DNA of 32,000 bases, taken from NCBI GenBank assembly GCA_030604855.1, contig JAUVVC010000002.1:90001-122000 (forward strand), given 5' to 3'. The notes below the pieces were generated by a model. It saw only the letters and a list, made by a program, of their open reading frames with translations. It did not search any database and had not been told where the DNA came from. Source of the DNA: Erysipelotrichaceae bacterium. Its GTDB lineage: Bacteria > Bacillota_I > Bacilli_A > Erysipelotrichales > Erysipelotrichaceae. Shown here in pieces: positions 8,433-17,962 of this stretch. Every line of letters starts with the position of its first letter. The first letter of the stretch is position 1. Both the position numbers and the translations under genes were made by a program.

Positions 8433-8660
8433 ATGTTAGAACAAATCAAAAACGTCTTAGTAAACGCAATCCATGTCGATGCCGACTTAATTAAACCAGA
8501 AGCGAAATTAAAAGAAGATCTTGATATTGATTCATTGTCAGCGGTTGAGCTTGCGCTTGAATTGGAAACCAGCTTCGATATTCGCATCGAAGATGAAGAA
8601 CTTTTGAAACTCATCACTGTGCAAGACGTTGTGGATATCGTCGAACGTAAAAAGGCTTAA
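8433..8660 (+). CDS. acpP: Acyl carrier protein
   Basis: 75 aa with DLDIDSLSAVELALELE (the DSL phosphopantetheine-attachment serine). ATG at 8433 follows an AAGGAGA SD. The 5' extension in the track ORF (from 8331) covers the promoter and is rejected. Confidence 0.9.
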   Translation: MLEQIKNVLVNAIHVDADLIKPEAKLKEDLDIDSLSAVELALELETSFDIRIEDEELLKLITVQDVVDIVERKKA

Positions 8661-8674
8661 TCGCCTTCTTTTTT
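8652..8674 (+). terminator. Weak hairpin plus T-tract between acpP and accB (possible leaky terminator/attenuator)
   Basis: AAGGC (8652-8656) / GCCTT (8663-8667), 6-nt loop, then CTTTTTT (8668-8674). The stem is only 5 bp and overlaps the acpP stop. Confidence 0.3.
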
Positions 8675-9094
8675 ATGGATACGAAACAACTCGAAACCAT
8701 TCTGGCTCTGTTTGAGAAGAGCACAGTCAGTGAGATGGAGCTGGAAAGCGAAACATTCAAACTCAAGCTGAAACGAAATACCGAAATCCATGAAGTGCCT
8801 GTCAAACCTACGATTGCACAAGCACCACAGCCCACAACTGTTGTGGACACTGCACATTGGGTCAAAGCCCCTTTGGTGGGAACGTATTATCATTCTGCCA
8901 ATCCAGATGCGAAGCCTTATGTGGAAGTTGGACAAAGCGTTAAAGAAGGTCAGGTCATCTGCTTGATCGAAGCCATGAAAGTCATGAATGAAATCAAAGC
9001 GGACCGAAGCGGTGTGGTACAAGAAATCAAAGCAATCAACGGCAAGATGGTTGAGTACAACCAAGCGCTTGTTCGCATCGGAGATGCACCGTGA
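8675..9094 (+). CDS. accB: Acetyl-CoA carboxylase biotin carboxyl carrier protein
   Basis: 139 aa with a C-terminal lipoyl/biotinyl domain and CLIEAMKVMNEI (the biotinyl-Lys AMK motif). Confidence 0.92.
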   Translation: MDTKQLETILALFEKSTVSEMELESETFKLKLKRNTEIHEVPVKPTIAQAPQPTTVVDTAHWVKAPLVGTYYHSANPDAKPYVEVGQSVKEGQVICLIEAMKVMNEIKADRSGVVQEIKAINGKMVEYNQALVRIGDAP

Positions 9095-10461
9095 TTCAAA
9101 AGATTCTCATCGCGAATCGGGGTGAGATCGCCGTACGCATCATTCGTGCCTGTAAAGATTTAGGCATCCAAACCGTTGCCATCTATTCCACGGCCGATCA
9201 AAGTGCCTTGCATGTCCAACTTGCGGATGAAGCGGTGTGTGTCGGTGAAGCCAACAGCAAAGACAGTTATCTAAATGTAAACAATATTCTTTCAGCGGCT
9301 TTATTGACGCATGCGGATGCGATTCATCCAGGTTTTGGATTTCTTGCGGAGAATGCCTCCTTTGCCCGTTTGGCTCAGGCTTGTGGTTTGATCTTCATTG
9401 GACCCAACCCAGAGATCATCGATTTGATGGGCAATAAAATCAATGCACGGATTGCTATGCACAAAGCAGGTGTCCCTTTGATTCCCGGATCTTTCGAAGC
9501 CATCCCTTCACTGGAAGAAGGCCTAAAGACGGCACAAGAGATTGGTTATCCAATCATTTTGAAAGCTGCAGCGGGCGGTGGGGGACGTGGCATCCGGATC
9601 ATTTTGGATGAAGTGGCTTTTCGTCAAGCCTATCCTGTGTTGAAACAAGAAGCCAAAAATTACTTCAACGATGATGCCTTGTATATGGAGAAGCTGTTCA
9701 CATCGGCAAAACACATTGAAGTTCAAATCCTTGGGGATCAGTTTGGGAATGTGATCCACTTGTATGAGCGGGATTGTTCCTTTCAAAGACGACACCAAAA
9801 GATGATCGAGGAAGCACCTTGCCATTTGTTGAATGAAACACAGCGTAAGGCCTTATGTGAGGATGCTTTGAAAGCAGCCAAAGCAGTAGGTTACGACAGT
9901 GTGGGAACCATTGAATTCTTAATGGATGAGAACTTCAACTATTATTTCATGGAGATGAACACACGGATTCAAGTCGAACATCCTGTAACCGAGATGATCA
10001 CAGGTGTCGACATCGTCAAAGAACAGATCCGCAGCGCCGATAAACAGAAGTTGAGTTACCAACAAAACGATATCAAGATTCTGGGTCATGCCTTGGAATG
10101 TCGCATCATTGCGGAAGATTATCGCCATGATTTCAAACCTTCCATTGGGAAAATCAGTTTCTATCATGCCCCTGGGGGTAAAGACATCCGTGTGGACAGC
10201 GCTTTGTATACCAATTATGAATTGTCGCCCTTTTATGATTCCATGATGGCTAAGATCATCAGTTTTGGACCTTCGCGTCTACATGCCATCAAACGCATGC
10301 GTTCCGCATTGGAAGAAACCATTATCGAAGGTGTGGAAAACAATCTTGAATTCTGTTATTTCACATTATTCAATCCACAGTTTGTCGCAGGTCGCTATAC
10401 TACGGACTTTGCTAATGCTTGGATCAAGGAGTTAAATGAACGTGAATCTACCCTTTCATAA
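9091..10461 (+). CDS. accC: Acetyl-CoA carboxylase biotin carboxylase subunit
   Basis: 456 aa with ILIANRGEIAVRIIRA, an ATP-grasp glycine loop KAAAGGGGRGIR and EMNTRIQVEHPVTE. The GTG start overlaps the accB stop (GTGA). Confidence 0.95.
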   Translation: MIQKILIANRGEIAVRIIRACKDLGIQTVAIYSTADQSALHVQLADEAVCVGEANSKDSYLNVNNILSAALLTHADAIHPGFGFLAENASFARLAQACGLIFIGPNPEIIDLMGNKINARIAMHKAGVPLIPGSFEAIPSLEEGLKTAQEIGYPIILKAAAGGGGRGIRIILDEVAFRQAYPVLKQEAKNYFNDDALYMEKLFTSAKHIEVQILGDQFGNVIHLYERDCSFQRRHQKMIEEAPCHLLNETQRKALCEDALKAAKAVGYDSVGTIEFLMDENFNYYFMEMNTRIQVEHPVTEMITGVDIVKEQIRSADKQKLSYQQNDIKILGHALECRIIAEDYRHDFKPSIGKISFYHAPGGKDIRVDSALYTNYELSPFYDSMMAKIISFGPSRLHAIKRMRSALEETIIEGVENNLEFCYFTLFNPQFVAGRYTTDFANAWIKELNERESTLS

Positions 10462-11314
10462 ACGAAAAGAACGTTTGAATCTGTTTCAAACTCTTTTTGG
10501 TAAAAAGAAAAATATCAAAGTCAGTTCCAGTGAGATGAACATCGAAATGTGTCCACACTGTTCAACGGCCATTGAAAGTCAAGCGTTGAAGGCACAGCAA
10601 TATGTATGTGCACAATGCAATCATCATTTTCCTTTGAGTGCGTATGAACGGATTGATGCTCATTTCGATGCGGATAGTTTCATTGAAATCTATGCGAAAG
10701 CCAACAGCAACCAGCTCAGCTCTTTTCCCGATTACTTGAATAAATTGACCAAGTATAAGAAACAAACGGATCTTAACGAAGCGGTGGTCGTGGGTACGGC
10801 TCGCATCGCCAATCAGAAAGTTGCGCTTGCGATCATGGATAGTCGTTTCATGATGGGAAGCATGGGTCAGATTGTCGGTGAGAAAATCACACGCATCATT
10901 GAATTGGCGGATCGACGTAAATATCCTCTGATCATCTTTACGGCATCTGGTGGAGCACGCATGCAAGAGGGCATCCTGTCTTTGGTTCAAATGGCCAAGA
11001 CCAGTGCGGCCTTGGAACGATTTCATCAAAACAAGGGTCTCTATATAAGTATTCTGACCCATCCGACAACGGGTGGTGTCAGTGCGAGTTTCGCGATGTT
11101 GGGAGATATCATCGTGGCGGAACCCAAAGCCTTGATTGGTTTTGCAGGACGACGTGTCATTGAGAAAACTCTCCAGGAACAATTACCGGAAGATTTCCAA
11201 AGTGCAGAATTCCTCAAAGCCAAAGGTTTTGTCGATAAAATCGTGCATCGAGGTTCATTGCGAACATTTTTAATTCAAATCTTAAAATTGCATTCAACTG
11301 AGGTCAAGGTATGA
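10436..11314 (+). CDS. accD: Acetyl-CoA carboxylase carboxyltransferase beta subunit
   Basis: N-terminal Zn ribbon CPHC...CAQC, and GGARMQEG of the carboxyltransferase domain. AAGGAG SD. Overlaps the accC end by 26 nt. Confidence 0.92.
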   Translation: MNVNLPFHKRKERLNLFQTLFGKKKNIKVSSSEMNIEMCPHCSTAIESQALKAQQYVCAQCNHHFPLSAYERIDAHFDADSFIEIYAKANSNQLSSFPDYLNKLTKYKKQTDLNEAVVVGTARIANQKVALAIMDSRFMMGSMGQIVGEKITRIIELADRRKYPLIIFTASGGARMQEGILSLVQMAKTSAALERFHQNKGLYISILTHPTTGGVSASFAMLGDIIVAEPKALIGFAGRRVIEKTLQEQLPEDFQSAEFLKAKGFVDKIVHRGSLRTFLIQILKLHSTEVKV

Positions 11315-12111
11315 AGAATCTAAGCGCTTGGGAACGCATCACGATCGCGCGTTCACAGAATCGATTGAAAGCCTTGGATTTGATTCCTTATCTTTTCGAT
11401 CATTTCGTCGAGTTTCATGGGGATCGTCTGTATGGTGATGATCGTGCTTTGGTGGGCGGTCTGGGGAGTTTCGAAGGTCAAGCCGTTACGGTTTTAGCCC
11501 AATCCAAGGGACGCAATCTTGAGGAGAATCTTAGTTGTAACTTTGGGATGTTGCATCCTGAGGGGTATCGTAAAGCCATGCGTTTGGCGAAACAAGCCGA
11601 AAAATTCAATCGACCGATCATAACGATCATCGATACGGCAGGTGCTTATCCAGGTAAAGAAGCAGAAGAACGCGGTCAGGCAGAAGCCATTGCGCAATGC
11701 TTGAGACTCTTTGCTCAAATCAAAGTTCCTGTGATTGCCATGGTTCTCTCCGAAGGGGGGAGTGGTGGTGCTTTGGCCTTGAGTGTTGCGAATAAAATTT
11801 ACATGCTTGAAAACGCTGTGTATTCGATTCTCTCTCCAGAAGGCTTTGCCAGCATTCTTTGGAAAGATGAGACGCGGGCCAAGGAAGCGGCTGAACTTAT
11901 GGAATGTACCGCCTTTGATTTACACGCCAAAGCCTTCATTGATCGCATCATTGAAGAAGCGGATCAAGGCTTGGAAGCAAATCCTTTACACAGCATCGTT
12001 CAGATCAAAGATGCGATCCGCCAGGATCTGAGTGCTCTGAAGAAAATGAAGCTGAATGTGATGTTGGAACAACGTTATCAGAAGTTTAGAAAGATGGGGT
12101 CGCAATTATGA
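11311..12111 (+). CDS. accA: Acetyl-CoA carboxylase carboxyltransferase alpha subunit
   Basis: 266 aa with IDTAGAYPG and GEGGSGGALA-type motifs (here SEGGSGGALAL). ATGA overlap with accD. Confidence 0.92.
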   Translation: MKNLSAWERITIARSQNRLKALDLIPYLFDHFVEFHGDRLYGDDRALVGGLGSFEGQAVTVLAQSKGRNLEENLSCNFGMLHPEGYRKAMRLAKQAEKFNRPIITIIDTAGAYPGKEAEERGQAEAIAQCLRLFAQIKVPVIAMVLSEGGSGGALALSVANKIYMLENAVYSILSPEGFASILWKDETRAKEAAELMECTAFDLHAKAFIDRIIEEADQGLEANPLHSIVQIKDAIRQDLSALKKMKLNVMLEQRYQKFRKMGSQL

Positions 12112-13076
12112 ACATCGAGATCATCGGTTATGGTTTGGCCCAAGCCGAGAAATGTGTCACCAATCTAGACCTTTCGAAGTCGGTGGATACGAATGATGCG
12201 TGGATCCAAGAGCGTACCGGCATCAAGCAACGTTATTTCAGTGTTGCAAAGAATACCTCCGATTTGGCGAGTGAAGCAGCTTTGATGGCCATCCAGGATG
12301 CTCAAATCGATCCCAAGACGATTGACTTGATTCTTGTGGCGACCATCACACCCGATGGCATGATGCCCAGTGTCGCAAGTCTGGTTCAAGCCAAATGTGG
12401 TTTGAATGCTCAGACCTGTTTGAGCTATGACATCAATGCGGCTTGTACCGGCTTTGTGGTGGCCATGCAAAACGCACAAGCCATGCTTGAAGCAGGTTAT
12501 GTAAGCAATGCCTTGGTGATCGGAGCGGAAACGTTGAGCAAGATTCTGGATTTCAAGGATCGGACAACCAGTGTTTTGTTTGGCGATGGGGCGGGTGCGA
12601 TCATCATGCGTCGATCTTCATCCAAGAAAATGTTTCATTATCTACGCAGTGAGGGAGACCTTACCGGTGTTTTGACCAGTGATGGTCTCAGCTTGAATCC
12701 AGAAATGGTATTTGATCAATCATCCACGCATTATCTTCGCATGCAAGGTCAAGCGGTATTCCGTTTTGCGGTCAAAGCCATCGAAGATGTGCTTGTGAAT
12801 CTACTCAATAAACAGGATTTGAAGGTGGATCAAATCGATTGGATCGTTCCTCACCAAGCCAATCGCCGCATCATTGAATATGTCGCAAATAAAATGAACA
12901 TCGAACTTACGAAGTTCTATTTGAATTTAGATCAGTATGGCAACACATCTTCTGCAAGCATTCCCATTGCCTTGAGCGAAATGAGGACAAAGGGCTTGCT
13001 TAAAGAAGGCATGCGTGTCATTTGTGTTGGCTTCGGGGCTGGATTGACCTGGGGCGGAAGCTACTTCGAGAGCTAA
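12108..13076 (+). CDS. fabH: 3-oxoacyl-ACP synthase III
   Basis: Catalytic triad contexts NAACTGF (Cys), VPHQAN (His) and YGNTSSASIP (Asn). ATGA overlap with accA. Confidence 0.93.
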   Translation: MNIEIIGYGLAQAEKCVTNLDLSKSVDTNDAWIQERTGIKQRYFSVAKNTSDLASEAALMAIQDAQIDPKTIDLILVATITPDGMMPSVASLVQAKCGLNAQTCLSYDINAACTGFVVAMQNAQAMLEAGYVSNALVIGAETLSKILDFKDRTTSVLFGDGAGAIIMRRSSSKKMFHYLRSEGDLTGVLTSDGLSLNPEMVFDQSSTHYLRMQGQAVFRFAVKAIEDVLVNLLNKQDLKVDQIDWIVPHQANRRIIEYVANKMNIELTKFYLNLDQYGNTSSASIPIALSEMRTKGLLKEGMRVICVGFGAGLTWGGSYFES

Positions 13077-13084
13077 GGAGCGTT

Positions 13085-14032
13085 ATGTTAAATCAATTGT
13101 TAAAAATTAAGTATCCGATCATTCAAGGAGCGATGGCAAACATCGCTACCGCAAAATTCGCGGCAGCTGTATCCAATGCTGGAGCCTTGGGTGTCATCGG
13201 AACAGGCGCGATGACGCCTGAGATGGCACGTGCTGCCATTGATGAATGTCGTAGCTTGACCGATCGACCTTTTGCGGTGAATGTGATGCTTATGAATCCG
13301 CACAGCGATGCCATCATGGACATCATCTGTGAACTCAAACCAGCCGTCGTCACCACCGGTGCCGGGAATCCGGGCAAGTACATTGAAAAACTGAAAGCCC
13401 ATGGAATACTGGTTGTCCCCATCGTCCCAACCGTAGGTTTGGCACGTCGCATGGAACAAGCCGGTGCGGATATGTTGATCGTTGAAGGCACGGAGGCCGG
13501 AGGACATGTGGGTGAACTCACCACCATGGCTTTGGTTCCTCAAGTCGTCGATGCGATCAAGATTCCAGTCATCGCAGCTGGCGGCATTGCCGATGGACGC
13601 GGATATGTGGCGGCTTTGGCTTTGGGGGCCATTGGCGTTCAAGTCGGAACCTGTCTATTGGTTGCGGATGAATGTCCGATTCATGAAAACTATAAACAAG
13701 CCATTTTGGATGCGAAAGACACCGATACGGTCGTGACCGGCCGCAGTGTTTCGGCACCCGTTCGCATCAAGAAGAATGCGATGAGTCAGAAATATCTGAA
13801 ACTCGAACAAGCCGGTGCGGTTCGTGATGATCTTGAGAAATTGACCCTTGGTTCGCTTCGTAAAGCGGTCTTTGATGGTGACATGGAAAATGGCTCCGTC
13901 ATGATGGGTCAGATCGCAGGCATGATCAAAGAACGCAAGTCCTTGGCTCAGATCTTTGCAGATATGACAAATGACGCCAGACACATATATAAAAGTATCG
14001 AGACCCATGTGAATGGAGAGGATCATGCTTAA
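13085..14032 (+). CDS. fabK: Enoyl-ACP reductase II (FMN-dependent, NPD/TIM-barrel family)
   Basis: Collinear with my recollection of S. pneumoniae FabK: YPIIQGAMA, TTGAGNPGKY, EGTEAGGHVG, PVIAAGGIADG and GSVMMGQIAG. ATG at 13085 follows an AAGGAG SD. The track 5' extension overlaps fabH and is rejected. Confidence 0.88.
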   Translation: MLNQLLKIKYPIIQGAMANIATAKFAAAVSNAGALGVIGTGAMTPEMARAAIDECRSLTDRPFAVNVMLMNPHSDAIMDIICELKPAVVTTGAGNPGKYIEKLKAHGILVVPIVPTVGLARRMEQAGADMLIVEGTEAGGHVGELTTMALVPQVVDAIKIPVIAAGGIADGRGYVAALALGAIGVQVGTCLLVADECPIHENYKQAILDAKDTDTVVTGRSVSAPVRIKKNAMSQKYLKLEQAGAVRDDLEKLTLGSLRKAVFDGDMENGSVMMGQIAGMIKERKSLAQIFADMTNDARHIYKSIETHVNGEDHA

Positions 14033-15071
14033 GCTTGATCAACTCCGTGTGCCTTTGATTCAAGGTGGGATGGGGATCGGAGTCTCCTTGGGTAATCTTG
14101 CAGGTCATGTGATGCTAGAAGGGGGTTTGGGTGTGATCTCAGCCGCTCAGCCTGGCTATCGTGAAGCAGATTTCTATCAAAACACCATCGAGGCCAATCT
14201 ACGTGCGCTTGAAAAGGAAGTTACCAAGGCACGTGAAATCAGTCAAGGCAAAGGACTCTTGGGCATCAACGTTATGGTGGCGGCAGAAGATTATGATCGT
14301 TACGTCAACGCCATCAGTCAAATGGACATCGATGTGATCATCTCCGGTGCAGGCTTGCCTTTGGAACTGCCAAGTTTGGTGGGCGAATCCAAAGTCGCCT
14401 TAGCTCCGATCATTTCAAGCGCGAAAGCAGCCTTTCTCTTGTGTAGGCGTTGGTTTTCAAGAAGTCAACGTTTGCCGGACCTATTGATCATCGAAGGACC
14501 TTTGGCGGGTGGCCATCTCGGTTTTTCCTGGTCCGATTTGAAAGAAGAAAAAACGCAAGATCTTGCGAGCATCCTAGAAGAAGTGTTAGTGGTGTTAAAA
14601 GATCAAAATTGGGACATTCCTGTCTTTGTGGCAGGGGGTGTTTATACCGCAGAGGACATCCAAAACTATTTGAATCAAGGTGCACAAGGTGTGCAGATGG
14701 CGACGCGCTTCATCGCAACCCATGAGTGTGATGCGGATATACAATTCAAACAAGCATTCGTGAATGCCAAACAAGCGGATATACGTTTCGTCATCAGTCC
14801 TTCGGGCTATCCAGGTCGTGCGATCAACAATCCGCTTGTGGATACTTTGATGCGTGATGAGAAAGTCAAAGTCAAACGCTGTGTGAACTGTTTGAAACCG
14901 TGCAACCCGGCAACGACACCGTATTGCATCACAGAAGCTTTGATCCATGCGGTCAAAGGGAATGTACAGGACGGTTTGATCTTTACCGGAACCAATGGCT
15001 ATCGCATCGATAAGATCGTATCTGTAAAAGCGTTGATTGAAGAACTGTTTCCAAGTGAGGTAAGCGCATGA
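14025..15071 (+). CDS. Second NPD-family (nitronate monooxygenase/FabK-like) flavoprotein with a C-terminal 4-Cys motif; candidate FabX-like enzyme
   Basis: 348 aa with PLIQGGMGIGVS, EGPLAGGHLG and VAGGV FMN-barrel motifs, plus CVNCLKPCNPATTPYC (CX2CX3CX7C, nt 14880-14927), which is absent from the adjacent FabK. The ATG at 14025 overlaps the fabK stop by 8 nt. Confidence 0.8.
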   Translation: MLKLDQLRVPLIQGGMGIGVSLGNLAGHVMLEGGLGVISAAQPGYREADFYQNTIEANLRALEKEVTKAREISQGKGLLGINVMVAAEDYDRYVNAISQMDIDVIISGAGLPLELPSLVGESKVALAPIISSAKAAFLLCRRWFSRSQRLPDLLIIEGPLAGGHLGFSWSDLKEEKTQDLASILEEVLVVLKDQNWDIPVFVAGGVYTAEDIQNYLNQGAQGVQMATRFIATHECDADIQFKQAFVNAKQADIRFVISPSGYPGRAINNPLVDTLMRDEKVKVKRCVNCLKPCNPATTPYCITEALIHAVKGNVQDGLIFTGTNGYRIDKIVSVKALIEELFPSEVSA

Positions 15072-15988
15072 AAATCGCCTTTCTCTTCGCGGGTCAAGGT
15101 TCGCAAGTCGTCGGTATGGGCCAAGATGTCTATGCCAAGTATCCAAAGGCACAAGCAATCTTTGATCAAGCGAACTGTGACTTCGATGTCAAAGATGTCT
15201 GTTTCAACGGTCCACAAGAACGTTTGAATCAGACTCAATATACACAGCCATCTTTATTGATTACTTCACTCGCTCTCGCAGAAGCGCTGGCGAGTGAGGG
15301 CATCCTTGCGGATGTGTGTGCAGGTTTAAGTTTAGGGGAGTACAGTGCTTTGTGTTATGCGAGATCACTTGATGTGGATCAGGCCGTCGATGTGGTGGTA
15401 AAGCGAGGTCGTTTGATGCAGGAAGCATTACCTGCAAAAACCAGTGGGATGGCAGCTGTCTTGAGTTCGGATATTCAAAGCATCCAAAAGATCATCGAGG
15501 CGTGTCAGATGGAGCTCAAAGAAGTCCTTGAGATTGCGAACTACAACAGTCCCAGTCAAACGGTGATCAGTGGGCAGAAAGCCATCCTTGATTTGGCGAT
15601 CAAACGTCTCAAAGAAGCTTCGATGCGCGTTCTACCACTGAATGTGTCAGGAGCATTCCATACTTCGCTCTTGAAAGAAGCTGGAAATCATTTGAATCAG
15701 ATCCTACGATCCACAAGCATCAAGACAGCTCAGATTCCTGTTCTGTTCAATGTCAGTGGGGAAGAAGAAAAGGATGTCGTATCGGCCTTGACACGTCAGA
15801 TTTCCAGTTCCGTGCAATGGGTTCGAACCATTGAGCAGATGCTTGAAATGGGCGTCGAGGTGTTTGTGGAAATCAGTCCCAAGCCTACCTTGGATAAACT
15901 GGTCAAACAGGTCCGTCCAGATGCTCAGGTGTATACCGTCGCTGATGTGAAGAGCATCGAAGCGTTGAAAGGAGTTCTCCATGGGTAA
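15068..15988 (+). CDS. fabD: Malonyl-CoA:ACP transacylase
   Basis: FAGQGSQ, GLSLGEYSAL (active-site Ser) and GAFHTS motifs. ATGA overlap with the upstream gene. Confidence 0.93.
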   Translation: MKIAFLFAGQGSQVVGMGQDVYAKYPKAQAIFDQANCDFDVKDVCFNGPQERLNQTQYTQPSLLITSLALAEALASEGILADVCAGLSLGEYSALCYARSLDVDQAVDVVVKRGRLMQEALPAKTSGMAAVLSSDIQSIQKIIEACQMELKEVLEIANYNSPSQTVISGQKAILDLAIKRLKEASMRVLPLNVSGAFHTSLLKEAGNHLNQILRSTSIKTAQIPVLFNVSGEEEKDVVSALTRQISSSVQWVRTIEQMLEMGVEVFVEISPKPTLDKLVKQVRPDAQVYTVADVKSIEALKGVLHG

Positions 15989-16718
15989 TCCCGTATGTAT
16001 CGTTACCGGCGCGACCGGTGGCATTGGTCAGCAAATTGTCCTTGATTTTGCGAAACAAGGTTATGATGTGGTGATCAATTACAGTAAGAATGAAACAAGT
16101 GCCAAAGTTTTGGCTACGCAATGCCAAGCCATGGGTGTTCAAACCCTGGTCTTGGGCTTTGATGTGTCCAACAGCGTTGAGGTAGAGACCAACATCAAAA
16201 AGGTTGTCGATACGTTTGGACGCATCGATGTCCTCATCAACAACTCAGGCATCACACGTGATGGTTTGGTCTTAAGAATGTCGGATGCGGATTTCGATGA
16301 TGTGCTGCGCATCAATCTGAAGGGTGCCTTCAATTGTTCGAAGGCTGTGCTTCGATACATGTTCAAAGCACGCCAAGGACGCATCATCAATATGAGTTCC
16401 GTCATTGGTTTGATTGGCAATCTTGGTCAAGCGAACTATGCGGCGAGCAAGGCTGGACTGATTGGTCTGACCAAATCGTTGGCAAAAGAAGTCGCCAGTC
16501 GAAACATCACGGTCAATGCAATCGCTCCGGGTTTTATTGAAACACCGATGACGGAAGTATTGAGCGACGAGATCCGAGTGCAGATATTGAAACAGATACC
16601 AGTGGGTCGTTTCGGTAAGGTGGAAGATGTGGCACACTGTGCTTTGTTTCTAGCGAGTGAGCAAGCGAATTATATCAATGGACAAGTCATCCAAGTTGAT
16701 GGCGGAATGGTGATGTGA
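15981..16718 (+). CDS. fabG: 3-oxoacyl-ACP reductase (SDR)
   Basis: TGATGGIG Rossmann motif, NNSG, YAASKAG catalytic YxxxK, GQVIQVDGGM tail. 8-nt overlap with fabD. Confidence 0.93.
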   Translation: MGNPVCIVTGATGGIGQQIVLDFAKQGYDVVINYSKNETSAKVLATQCQAMGVQTLVLGFDVSNSVEVETNIKKVVDTFGRIDVLINNSGITRDGLVLRMSDADFDDVLRINLKGAFNCSKAVLRYMFKARQGRIINMSSVIGLIGNLGQANYAASKAGLIGLTKSLAKEVASRNITVNAIAPGFIETPMTEVLSDEIRVQILKQIPVGRFGKVEDVAHCALFLASEQANYINGQVIQVDGGMVM

Positions 16719-17962
16719 TGAAAAGACGAGTCGTGATAACGGGGATGGGAACCGTCAATCCCATAGGTAATGATGTGCAAAGCATGTGGGCAGCGATTCA
16801 AAATAAGGTGTGTGGGATCGATCTCATTCAAGCTTTTGATACAAATGAGTATAAAGTGAAATTGGCCGCAGAGGTCAAGGATTTGGATGTGGATGCGTAT
16901 TTCACGAAACGTGAAGTTCAGTTCAACGATCGTTTCACCATGTTTGCCCGTGTTGCAGCGAAACAAGCGATGGCGGATGCGAAACTGTTGGATTGTGAGA
17001 TCAATCGGGATCGTTTTGGCGTCATCATCGGCTCTGGCATCGGTGGTTTGGCTTCACTTGAGAATGCGAAACAAAATCTCAACGATCGTGGACCCAGCCG
17101 TATCTCGCCATATTTCATTCCGATGACCTTGATCAATCTTGCGGCTGGTCAGGTTGCGATCGATGTTCAAGCCAAAGGATTGTGTTCATCCGTTGTGACG
17201 GCTTGTGCAGCCGGAACCAATGCGATCGGCGAAGCGTTTCATAAGATTCGCGATGGTTACCAAGAAGTGATGTTGGCAGGGGGGAGTGAAGCAGCCATCA
17301 CACCTTTGGGCATTGCCGGTTTCATGGTCATGCGTGCGCTCCATATGGGTGAAGATAAAAACAACGCAAGCATTCCCTTTGATGAAAAACGCAGTGGTTT
17401 CGTCATGGGAGAAGGTGCGGGAGTTTTGGTTCTGGAAGACTTGGATCATGCGCTTAAGCGCAATGCGAACATCCTTGCGGAAATCGTGGGTTATGGAAGC
17501 AGTTGTGATGCCCACCACATTACGGCACCGATCGAAGATGGTTCCGGAGGTGCTCAAGCCATGATCAATGCTTTGGAGGATGCCTCTTTAAAACCAGAAG
17601 CAGTGGACTATATCAATGCGCATGGGACGAGTACCCCTTTGAACGATAAAACGGAAACCAAAGCTGTCAAACTAGCATTCAAGGAACATGCCTATAAACT
17701 GGCGATGTCTTCGACGAAATCTTTCACAGGTCATCTTTTGGGTGCGAGTGGTGCGGTTGAGGCCATCATTGCCGTTAAAGCCATTCAAGATGACTTAATT
17801 CCTCAAACCTTGAATACTAGCACTCAAGATGTCGAATGTGATTTGGATTGTGTCGTTGGTGCTTCACGAGAAACGAACGTGGATGTGGTCATGTCCAATT
17901 CACTGGGCTTCGGTGGACACAATGCCTCCATCATTTTAAGGAAATATAAATATGTTGTATAA
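16715..17962 (+). CDS. fabF: 3-oxoacyl-ACP synthase II
   Basis: [14 protein letters not shown] (active Cys), AHGTSTP and GHLLGASG motifs. The start is GTG 16715 or ATG 16718, overlapping the fabG stop. Confidence 0.93.
   Translation: MMKRRVVITGMGTVNPIGNDVQSMWAAIQNKVCGIDLIQAFDTNEYKVKLAAEVKDLDVDAYFTKREVQFNDRFTMFARVAAKQAMADAKLLDCEINRDRFGVIIGSGIGGLASLENAKQNLNDRGPSRISPYFIPMTLINLAAGQVAIDVQAKGLCSSVVTACAAGTNAIGEAFHKIRDGYQEVMLAGGSEAAITPLGIAGFMVMRALHMGEDKNNASIPFDEKRSGFVMGEGAGVLVLEDLDHALKRNANILAEIVGYGSSCDAHHITAPIEDGSGGAQAMINALEDASLKPEAVDYINAHGTSTPLNDKTETKAVKLAFKEHAYKLAMSSTKSFTGHLLGASGAVEAIIAVKAIQDDLIPQTLNTSTQDVECDLDCVVGASRETNVDVVMSNSLGFGGHNASIILRKYKYVV

Noticed and set aside
10562-11182. 206-aa minus-strand ORF, and similar long antisense ORFs at 5914-6459 (+), 13100-13642 (-), 13655-14026 (-), 14595-15158 (-), 16272-16637 (-), 20695-21132 (-), 25033-25545 (-) and 31514-31846 (-).
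   Set aside because: Each lies entirely inside a confidently identified gene on the other strand (accD, hydrogenase, fabK, the NPD paralogue, fabG, speE, the flavodiiron gene, divIVA). They have low-complexity or odd composition (Arg/His/Cys-rich) and no SD or recognisable motifs. They are shadow ORFs.
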